Notes under the pieces: model-generated
The model's database searches: none
Seen by the model: the letters and a program-made list of their open reading frames with translations, nothing else
What the model was told of the DNA's origin: nothing
Origin: Phoronis australis
Taxonomy: Eukaryota > Animalia > Phoronida
Reading direction: 5' to 3'
Length of the DNA stretch: 64,000 nt
NCBI GenBank assembly: GCA_002633005.1
Contig: NMRA01000344.1
Span: forward strand, 62,001-126,000
Shown: piece after piece, positions 50,757 through 62,700 of the stretch
How the letters are laid out: every line of letters begins with the position of its first letter
Numbering within the stretch: position 1 is the stretch's first letter
Program-made: the position numbers and the translations under genes

Positions 50757-53700
50757 AATACGTATTACACACGTTTACATTTAAGAACTCTCTGGAACAC
50801 ATTTTGACCAATCAAAGTCATAACTCTAGTAGCCGCAATGCCAATTGACATTATTTAACACCAGGGGCCTGTTCCAAGAAACTGACTTAAGTTCAATTTT
50901 TACTTAAGTTTAAAATTTGTCTTAACTTCCAAACTTTGAAACTTCCACGTTAGGCAAGTAAGTCAAAATTAAGATAAAACTTATGTCAAACACTTAAAAC
51001 AAACTTAAGATATCTTTCTTGAATTGGTTTTGAGACAAATTTAACTTTTATTTTAAAATTTACAAAAAATTAAGATTTGTCTTAGCTAAGTCATTTTTGT
51101 TGGAACGGGTCCCAGTTCTCTATAGTTTGGGATAGTGAATATGCATGCCAGGTTACGTGAAAAAGACAGGGAGCGAATACTTCCTTTATTTCTTGTAAAA
51201 ACCGTCAAGGTCGAACTCTCCAAAACGTTCAAGCAAAGCGAGCGTAAAATATGTGAAGATTAAGGGCTTCAGTCTGGGTGCCTTCAAACTGAGGTTACTT
51301 GGATTTTATGTGACAACAGTGCCCTATACTAGGTAATAACATAAACATGCCAAGCATTAGGTGTATGAATGATATAATGAGTTATTTTTGACAACGACGG
51401 GCCATAAAAAACCTGACATCGCTTATTCAACATGATGTGCAAGCATTGAATTAATTCATAAATGAGGCCAAAGCGGCTGCCAATAACGACGTTAGCCAAA
51501 GATTTGTGAACAGCGCACACGAGCAGTCGTAAAAAGCTACGCTTTGGTTGCGGATTAGTTTAGCATTCGACAATTAAAGAACTTAGATGGCCACGAAATA
51601 TGTCCACTTTTGTCCTTACGCGTAGTAAATCTCCCAATCCATCAGACATTTATCTTGAGAGCAATTGCAGGCAGGGGTATCGTCTTCAAATCCCAACTTT
51701 TGTCCAATCTCATGGGCCACAATTTTGGCAGTCAGTTCTAAATTCTCTGCAATGTCCTGAAATTGTCGGAAGTTTTCGGTACACGAGTAGAGAATCTGGG
51801 AAAGTAAAGACGATTAAAGAGAAAGGGAAAAACAACGTATTTAATAAATATGTGCCACTTAGAAATTCGCAGATCAAAGAAAACATTTTGCAGACATTCT
51901 TCCTCGCTCTCTGGTGCCCAATTTAAGGGTGTTCGTTTATCGTAACTACCACGTTGTATATCTGTTCTCATGCACGTGCACACGAACAGTTACTTCAATG
52001 AAAATGTGGATCAAAAATGTACTTGTTTTTGATGTTCAGAGAATGTCGACACATTTAAACTTGCATTTCACCCCTGTTTAGTTGACAAAAAAGCGAAATT
52101 CGAATTTTGTCGTGTGCTCACATGATATTGTTCTCATAACATTTGCCACTGTAATTGCATTCCATTTCTTTTAACAAATAAGGTTTCGGTCAATGGGTGC
52201 AAGCGCCGTTTTCGAATGGGCAAATTTAGGACTGGTCAACCGCAAAAGTTCTGCTTGAATCGCTGATGATTTTCATGTTCTTGTCGTTATGGGAAATAGA
52301 ATTCTATTACTGTGATTTTTAATAAAGGTCCAACTAAAGAGGCGGTTATGTGTTATATGATTCTAAGCACCTGGAATCCATGCTCTCTGTGAGTAAAAAA
52401 TGTAGCTCATTTTCAACAAAGTAACTTTAAAATAAGATCGAAGGATATGATAAAAGAAAGTTCGTTAGACCATGCATGTTCTGTGACGAAAAACAAATAT
52501 CTCACCGTGAGAGAGAAAGATATGTACGTTGTTCAGATTCAATGCTTTGAAACCCATAACCCTTGAGATTGAAGTGTAAGGTGCAGAACGTTTGCACTTA
52601 ACACGATCGCTCCCACCGAATGATTGAACACGCAAACACTTAACGCGGTGGCTCCCACCAAATGGCTGAATATGCAAACACTGACCATGGTTGCTCCCAC
52701 CGAATATCTGAATAGGCAAATACTTACGACGGTCGCTCACACCCAATGACTGAATACGCAAAACTAATCACGGTGTCTCCCACCGCATGACTGAAAATTC
52801 AAAGTTACACTTACCACGGTGGCTTACACCTTATGACTAAATAGGATAACACTTACTTTGGTCACTTCCACGGAATGAGTAGGAACGCAAATCGTGCCGA
52901 AGTATGAATTTAACTTGCTGGTTAAGAAGGTAAACATTTTTCGCCTGAAAACAGTATTAACCATGTTATATACTGAGTATCCTCTGATAATCGATGATGG
53001 CCTCTGAATGCCCTACGCTGAAAACGGATTGTTTTAAAACCTCCTCGACCCACGACCCCTCGGCCCACAGCCCACGACCCCCTGACCAATGACCCACAAC
53101 CTCCTCGACCCAGTTTACACAAGCCCGACTCGATCTGAATCGCAGGACCAGTGAGTTAGGCCATGAGCTCGGCTGGCTTTTCCCTGTTTTTTTGCATTTA
53201 AGCGAGTCAATTAGGCAAGCTTGAAAGCAAAGAAACAGAAAAAGCAACGTGACCAAATCAGAACAAAGACCTACAAACGTTACAAATGTCGTTCAAGGTC
53301 GTTCTGCTCTCCAATGAATGTCAGATTCTACGTCTTTTGCGGTGAGTGCGATGAACCGACAAATTGTAATTTCAACAGTAAATACAGTTTGAAAAAACAA
53401 ACTGTGAAATGGAGTATATTGTAAACGACCAAATAATAAAAATGTGAAATTATATACATTCACGTTAACGTGCACTTTCCCTAAGTTTAGTCGTAGAACT
53501 ATTTCCGTGACAACGATAGCGCCCTGACAATGCGCTATTTCACATTCACGTTCTCACGGCGCTTTCTGTTATTAGTCACCAGACTTGAGTCACATCAGAC
53601 TCGCGGTAAAGTCACTCAGCGACGTAATAAGATTATGAAATATGTAAAAATCGCAAAAAACTCGTTTACCACAGGTGGTGGGTCGAGGAATGTGGGGGTC

Positions 53701-56700
53701 GAGGGGGTTTTAGAACAACCCACTGAAAACTCTACAGCGCGTTGCAGTAGGGTCATCTACATGTACCGTTCGTGATAAAAATTCTTTCAACATTGAAGCA
53801 TAACATCCGGAAGTCATGTCTAGCAAGAAACAACTTGAGAGGTACTGGTAAGTGACTTTCTAGAAAGTCATGGTTAAAAAAGATGAGAGATCAAGCAGTT
53901 TTCAGTTCAATTATAGTAGGCTTTGTGATTTCAAATGGGTGGTTTTTCCTCAACCAATCGATAGTACATAATACTTGCAAATTTAGCGAACTTATTATTT
54001 ATTAATGCACACAATACGAGATCTCCTTTTACTTCAACGTCAGTGTTAAGCTACCACTCCAGTAACACTTAATACAAAGTTTCCTCCTGTACCACCTTTT
54101 GGACTTTCCAGAACGTGAACAGTATATGGGCTAAAACTAAAACATATTATAGCCGTGCGGAGAATACAAAACAGACTGGAAATTTGCGAAATATTACGTT
54201 AATAGTACAGTAGTGTCGCTCTTGAAAAACGGTCTGATCTGCTTTGTCTGATAAGCCCTAAGTGCTTTCAGTGATTCGAGTTCGTTGTCTGTCATATTAA
54301 TGCGATCGCCCGCCGACCATATCTCCACCCCCGTCAAGGCGATAAAGACTCTCAGGTTGCTGAAGGCCTGCATACACAAACACTCAAGTTAGAATTTAAA
54401 AGTCTCTTGCAATTTCATCCCCAAATGCGGAATAAAATTGTAAGGACCATTCTGATTTAGCGATATCGGTATTTCGTGGATGTGTCAATTTGCAACCGTA
54501 CATGAAGTGTCCTCGAAGTGGAACGAGGCGGAAGTGCGGCGTAGACTTTTGGTGCCCATGCCATATTTTTCAAATTTTAGCTCTGGAAACAGTAAATGGT
54601 GGGGATCGGCCTTTCTGCTGTTGAGAGGTTTTGAGAAATCCCAGAGTTTGGCAAGGAGTGCAGATGTCACCGGAAACCGATCAGAATTAGTGATTTATAC
54701 TGATATTCATATTCGGAATGTTTGATTAAAATGTATTGATTAGTTCACTCCAGATTAGTTGAGCATAGCTAGAAAATGCAACGAAGTTATGATAAAGACA
54801 ATTAAGCATGGCTCCGCCAGAAGGAGGGTGCTCAAAAAATCTCCTCAGATGCGCAAAATATTACCAAACAGAGCAATTAGTGGCAATTCTTCCACTGTGG
54901 ATGTGAAAGACGGAGCCTCAGATGAGAATGGTTTTCACAAAAATGGCAGTCACAGTACCATCTTGGGTCAGATTTCACACAAAAACCCAAAGTTTTCCAG
55001 CTATTGACGAGATAAAAATTGTAGGTAAATTTCATGTCGATGCGACCTGAAGCACAGGCATGAAATTCGAACAAACGTTGCGATGAGTGAGTCAATAAGA
55101 CAACAGTCAGCGGATCAGTAAACCTCGAATATCTTGGGAACAGCTAGTCAGACCCAGAAGAAGATTTCAAAATGGACACAACGCCTGACAGACCAAATTT
55201 CATCCAGTTTCGTCAAGAGATGCCTCTGCCCGGTTGCATGAAACAGTCCCAAATAGGGACTAAACTAAGTTCCCCAAATCTAGTGTGTATTTGTGTACTT
55301 GTGAAAACTCTAATTGTCCTTTCTTCTGCTGTTTTAGTTTCATTAGTTAGTCAATTTTTGGCTTTGATGAAAAATCGAGAGGGAACTCAACATTGAATTC
55401 GCAATGTTGTGTAAACTATTTAGGGATATTTTCATGTAATATTCCTAACTTAAGGACTTTGTCCGCATTTATTTTCATTGAATTTAGGGCTCAATTTTTA
55501 GTTATATTACTAGAAATTGTCATAAGGAGGTCATAAAAAAGACGAAGTGATAGAAAAATATTACATGTTTGAGTAAACAAAGACACAGATAGACTACAGA
55601 TTTAGGGAACTTAGATTACTCCCTATTTGGGACTGTTTCATGCAACCAAGCACAGAGATATGACACAAAAACTTAATCAATTAGCGGGAAGTTATCGGAA
55701 AATCTTGACTATATCGAAACTGATAGATTGTAGCGAAGAACAGATGTCACGGGAATTTTGGCGCTTGATGTTGACGATATATATCTACCTTAGACAGTTC
55801 AGAGAAATCCTCCGAGTGATCGCAGGACTATAGCTTCGAGAAACTTAAAATGGCCGCCACAACCCATCGTGAGTCTGATGTCAAACAAAAACCAATAGGC
55901 TTCGAGCAATTTACAAAGCACGTATTGCGTATAGATATCATGCTGATCGGATAAGTAATGCAACCTGAAGCGTGCGTACGAAAAGCTTGATCACAAAGTA
56001 AAATACATGAAGAAATTTCCGTTCTCCAAGTGCTAAAAGGGTCATACGGGGCGCAACGTGGGTCATGTCCGCTTAAAACTTAGCAGCCGATGTCTTCTTT
56101 GTCAAATTTCATGACTAGTCATTACAGAACTTGTCAGATACCAAAGCAAGCGCTTAGAAAATGAAAGTCGCCACTAGAGGATTCCACAGTTGTAGAATTT
56201 GTCTCCTCAAAATTCCCGACAGTTGTACTCTCTTAAATAAACAGAAACACGTGGATAACAAGAACCTTACAAGAGGTCGAAATAAGAGAAACGGCCTTGA
56301 GTTCAAAAAAGAAGACAAAACTGTCACTTGGAAACGCCACAGTGCTCGTAGTCGACCAAAAACTAGTCTGCTGTGCTCTTCTCAGAAGGAGCACGTCTGC
56401 CAAACTTCGTAATACTTGGCGCACGCCAAGAACACTCAAACAAAGTTTCTGACGAAAAATGCGTTACACACATTCATAAAACAAGAAGGCCAAGATGTTT
56501 TTAAATAGATACTTGTACTTGAAAAAATTCATGAAGATCTACCTCGTGACAATCGAGGATACAGAGAAAAAACGCAAAAACTAAATTTGCCAAAAAAGAG
56601 CAAGAGATTTAGGAGACACAGAAAATATAGAAGCTAACGCAAAAATTGAAATTTTCCCGTACGGAACAATAGCAGTCGTCGTCCGATCGTGAATTCGACC

Positions 56701-59700
56701 GTGTGGTTCCATTCGTAATAGGAACATGCTGTGCAGTTTAACAAACATCCACCAGTACTTTCGAAGTAGAGCAGCGGGCGCAGTAAGTCAGTTACCGAAC
56801 CCAAACGCACGCTAACCAGACGCCGGACGAACGCCGGACGGACGCAGGAAAGAAGAGATAATCAACCCACATGAATATTGGTGGCTGCATGAGAATGGCC
56901 CGTCCGTCACATCACAATGCCAAACTTCTCATATCCTGTTCCATGTTTCCATTTGTTTTGTTCATCCTTCCGGCCTGAAAACCTGTTCTTCCCTTCAACA
57001 TTCATTGCTTCCCATTGCGTTAACAAGCGGATAAACATTTTCAACAATTTAAAATAAATAAACATCGCATCATTCAGATGTATGTTTTGTCGCCACATTC
57101 ATGCTTTTTGGGATACTTAATACATATTTGTGACTTTGACTTGAAGTTTGGACTCTATTTTGCAAACAGCGGAGGTTACATGATACTACAAGGATCACGG
57201 CTCTGTGGAGCGACATATACGTGTTTTTACTCACGCCGCCAACAAGGTTAGATATCTCCAGCAGTCTTTGAGTTACGTCATGGCGGTTGCTACCCATGTT
57301 TTTATACTGGAAATAACGATAAAATATTATTCATTTTTCTCCTAATTGGTATTTAAAGCCACATTTTCTTTTACATCCACCAGTTTAGAACGCATGGCAA
57401 GTTTCGAAAGTCAAAAGTTACCAATAAAGTGTAATCGCTATTTGAGTTAGCGCTATTTTAAAGTATTTTTCAATAGTGGTCGAGGTTTCCGCGGAAATCT
57501 CCTTACATACGGCAGTAGTCGAGGGACTACCCATAATGCGTGAGTCAGCCGTTACTCCTGAGGGGATGCATCACCAATAAATCAAACTAAAAATCACTTG
57601 CTATTCAGTTAAGTTTGAAAACATTTGAAGACGTGTTGACGGAACATGATTTGGGTTTTAGTTTCGATTGAACTAACTTGGGTCAAAATGCATTTTATGA
57701 ATCCCTTAACTGAACTGAAGCGACAGACTATCTTGACACCACCACTATGATACGAGTGAAGCTCCCTCGGACAAAGAGACACCAGACTTGGTCAGTGAGC
57801 CACAAAACAGTGTTTTAGCTCAGAGGCATGACGGAAATTTAAATATTATAAAGCCTCTTATGAATTGTACATGAATTCAACTGAATAGCTAAATGGTTGT
57901 TTGATAATACGGAGCAAGTAATTTTATTGAAATGATTTGTAAGACAATTTTAAATTGTATGTTTAACTCACGGGCATGCCTATGACCTACAATCGCGTGG
58001 GTTGTTTTAGAGCTTGAAGACGTTGACCAGACGTAAAGTATTGGTATTTAGGTTCTACACTGAAAAAGACGATTATTAAAGAAGTTGCCTAGCTACAAAT
58101 AGCAGTTCTTACCATTGTGTTGTCAGCTATAAGAAAGAGTTCCACATAGCGATTTTTTCCCTTCGGATTGGCGGGTTCTTTAACTGAACGTCGCAGCTAA
58201 AAAAGCGAGATTCTCTACGTAAAACAACAATTGGAATATTTCTGCACTTTTTTCGTTTTTCAGTATGCAACTTGCAGTTTGACATGCAGGTCAAGTGAAA
58301 GTGAAAGTGTGCAAAAAGTTTGCCGTGCATAGGCGCGTATTTAAGCCCAACCATTTATAATCAGATGTGCGCCTATATCCGAAATTAGGCGTATGCGCCT
58401 ACTGGTGAACCATTAGAAGTAAATCATACTTAAGCGCGATGTCGGAATGTAGGCGCTCCTCATCTATTTTTGTAGATTTTCAGTAATTTGACATGAAGTG
58501 AAGAATGTCACAATGAGTAGGTTCAGGTGTACTGCAAGTACAGGAACAGGAATTTCGTTTGTAGCTTGATTTCAAAACACGCAGTTTGTTTTTTTTTGCA
58601 GAAGTGTGTCGTGAGACCGCAAGGACTCCAACATTCTGTTGTCTGGTGACGAATTGCCTTATGTCCACCTGTTGACTTCTGTGAAAGAGGAAAGACAGCG
58701 CATCCGAAGCCACGTCAGAGACATGTTTACGAATTATTTTTTGACATTTTCCGTAGAAGTTTAACTAAGTTCAGATCATCAGATCATTGTCTATATTTTT
58801 AGCCGAGTAGATTTTGGTTTGTGCTCAATAGAATGTGGTCACCCTTTGACATCGAACTATTCACATAGTTCCAGGCTATATTTTCTCCGCCATATGTTTT
58901 GCATGCTGTGTGAATTCATTTGCTTGGTAATACAGCACAGTGGAAGTTGGGCAACTTCGAGTACTTGTAATAAAGGTGGAATTTTATAAAATCTTGATCG
59001 TCAATTTATCCTAATGCTACAGCCAAAACGAACCTAATAAACCAATACGTCAACTGCCTGTATTTCAACAAATAAGTGACAGCCAACTACGTTTGTTGTT
59101 TACAGCGTTGTTCAATTCCTCTAACATGGAGACGTCTGATATTATCCAACACTAAGCCCTAAATATGTTTCTCGGTGGCCAGTGTGTCTCATTGACGTCC
59201 CGATAAGTCTATGTGACACGCGTGTAGCCAAGGGCACTTGTACTAGATTACAATGTACACAGAACACATCCGTTAACGTAGCCGGGCTTACCCTGTCGTT
59301 AACCTCGCTATGGATATCATCGCGAAGTCCGCTGCCGATCGGAGTGCCGTCGTTCAAACTGTCAGGTGTTTTACCTCGCGCTGTTCTATAAACATAATGT
59401 TCCCCCTTTGACAAGTGTGATGGTTCTAGGAAGAAAGTATCGGCACTGTTGATCATCCCTCTGGAAAAGAAAGATGATATATCATAATACACTTGGATTT
59501 GGAGATTGTTCTAAAACCCCTTAACGCCCTCGACCCCCAAACTCCACGAACCCCGCGACCCACGGCAATAGTGAGGGAAGGGCGACACAAACGGGCGGAT
59601 GTGGCACAAAATCAATGACGACTCAGGGAAAGGAAGCGTCTAATTAATGGATGTTGAAAGGGAGGTGCGAAATCATTGACGACCGAGAAGTGGCAACACC

Positions 59701-62700
59701 GTCATCCGCTTTCGATTTCGTTAGGTGACTAGCGGACACAGATCACTGCCATGTTTTGAAAGGTCTATGAGCACATCTGATATTCCCATGTATTCTTGTG
59801 GTCGGAGAGTGGCTAATACGTATGTCATTTCAAAAGAATTTTATCAAAAAGTGGTTCCAAAATATTTCTGGCGCACCAATTAAACTAAGATGAAAAGTAT
59901 TCCATCTCCAAAACCGCGGGAACTGTTAAAAATCATGTAAAATGCCATCTAATTGGAACTGTTTCGTCAATTCTATGAAGCTCATCTGCGTTGAAAGTAA
60001 AATTGCAAAATTCACCAAATACCAAGAAAAGTCATTCACGTCTGTGATATACAGCAATTGCTTACGAAATAAAGCTTTACTATATGGTATACTTAATGAT
60101 CTAAACTGACCCTCATTATCATCAGGCGCGTTTAAAATGAAAATTAAAACGTGAATAATTCCTACATTAAACAAATACAGTTTTCATAGTACACGTTATG
60201 ACCGAAAGAAAAGCTCGTAGTGATCAAGCTTTGAACACGTGCAGCGGTCCAAGTGAGTTGTATTCTTACGCTGTTCACTTTCCGTAACCTTTTCCATTGG
60301 CCAAGAGGCGGACAGACGTTCATTCCAATCTATGTCAGACAAATTGCCTTGGACATGAGCAATGATGTCAGAAGCAAGGTACAAGACTTAAGCAAAGTCT
60401 GTTCAACCAGTAACACGAGCACTGCAGGCTACTTCCGTTGCTTCACTTGATAACACTGTCAAACTTAGGGTTTGAAGAACAGGCGCTATTCGTTTTTATA
60501 ACAATCAACCAAAGTGAACGAAACAAAACTTTTAAATTAATTAATCAAACCACTTTCAAAAAGGAAATATTATCCTTCGAGGTAATAAATGGTTAATGTA
60601 GACTAACCTCAGACCTAGACATGTGCTCAATGCAACGCTTGAGTTGGGTTCATTGCGAACGCGGCCTTGGTAGTAGCAATTGTGAAGGCTCTGGAATAGA
60701 GGAAATCCGAGAAGAAAACAATAGACATTTGTTTTAAGCTAGGCATGACAGTTTTGTGAATGACAAATGGATCTTCGGGAATTGAAATTAACACATGCAG
60801 TGCAGTATACAAGATACAATGATACAGAGCCCACTCATAGATTGCGGCAGACCATTGACAAGAAAAGACTCATTCTTACGAGTTGACCGATTCAAGCAGT
60901 GAAGTGTAATTGTTTGCCGAAATACTGTAATATTTGGCAACAGAATTGGGGCTCCAAGAAGCTCATTTCATTTGCGCAAATGACAGTTTTTTATTATTAA
61001 TGTTTATTACGAAAACTTCAGAATACAATGAATTACATAACCCAGAAAGCGCCAAGAGGCATTATATCTGGGTTAAAAATACAAAGAAGTCTATGCACAA
61101 TTATTATACACGAATACATAAATTAAAAAACTGATGTTAAGATTACAATGATATATGATTACGAATGTAAACAAATCATTTTCATACACATGTATACAAT
61201 TCTATCCACTCACAAAAAAGATTTAATATTATAAAGAAATTGTGATACTATTTCAAATAAAACCTTATTTTCGTTTGGGTTGAGTTCTTGACATCCATAT
61301 AGAAAAAATTAATTTTGTTGTACAATTGCGGAATTTCAGAATATTTTTGTAAACATTGGGGTATTGTTCGAGTGTCTGGAAAAGCTGTACCCTCTGCTCC
61401 TTGCATACGTCACAAGCAAAGAAAACATGAGGATATGTCTGGGTGTCTCCACGGGAACACAGAGGCGAAATATTCTTAAAATTATGTCTAAATTTCTCGT
61501 TGTATAGGAATAGACCGCATGTTGATCTGTATAAGGTTATTTCATGGTTGCAAGGAAGTTGGAATGATGTCAATGGGACTGGCAAGTCTTGATTAGTGGT
61601 CTGCATTTTAAAGTTATTTTGAGAGTGACGATTGAAGTGCTTTCTTTTATTTTGGATGGTAAGGAATTCCAGTTGTCAATACAAGTTAATATCGTTAACC
61701 TCCTGAAGGCTTGGCTGAGGGAAGATCGAATAGTGTGCATATTACTTTGCCACAGTCCTGGTCTTGTGTTTGGTCTTTTGTAAGAATCAAAGAGGATTTT
61801 GTTTGAATATTTGTTTATGTTGGTTAAGACTTTGAATGTATACATGGACAGGTAGAGTTTACGACGGGTTGCTAGTTTGCTCCAGTTGAGACTATTTAGA
61901 GCCTTGACTGTATTGGACCCTTTGTGTGTCCCAGTTATGGCTAAAGCTGCTTGGTGTTGTAGTCTTTCTAATTGAAGAAGTATGCCTGCGTTTGCCGATT
62001 GGGAGGTTATGTCATAGTAATCTAGATGTGGAAGTACAAAAGACTTGAACAGAGTTTCCAGCTGCATGGAGTTGATATGACGAGAGATAATTCTAATTGG
62101 ATTAATTAATTTTTGTACTTTTTGAACGAGTTCGCGACAATGAGGAGTAAATGTAAGCTTATGGTCTAGTAGCAAGCCAAGATGTTTGTGCGTGAATTTA
62201 TTGGGAATAACTTCCCCATTAAGTGATAATTCCACCATTGGATTTGTTTTGAAATAATGAGTATTATTAGACTTAGAAAATATAATATCAACACTTTTTT
62301 CAGGTTTAAATTTCATCTTCCATTTGTAAGACCAGTCATAGAGTTTGTTCAGGTCAGTTTGCAATTGTAAGGAGTCGTGGGGATGCTCTTTTAAGAATGA
62401 GTAGAAAATTGCAGTGTCATCAGCATATAAGAATGTTTTAGAGTTTATGTGTCTGGAAGATCATTGATGTACAGTAAAAAAGAGTAAGGGGCCTAGTACA
62501 CTACCCTGTGGCGCAAATGACGATGCGAACACTTAATTTCTCCGTCGCAATTTGACTGCAACTGGAAATATCATGAATCCAGATGTGGTCTAGCATCTCC
62601 GTAAGACGCGCTGCCGTTCACATTCGTACTTCAAAGTTGAATAATTGTTGGATGCCGTTAACGATAACAGAATCACTGCCATCGGTGAAACGTTAGGAAG

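Noticed and set aside
52465-52761. ORF with 14-aa repeats (QSFGGS...)
   Set aside because: Off-frame reading of the 42-bp repeat; no supported start or splice context.
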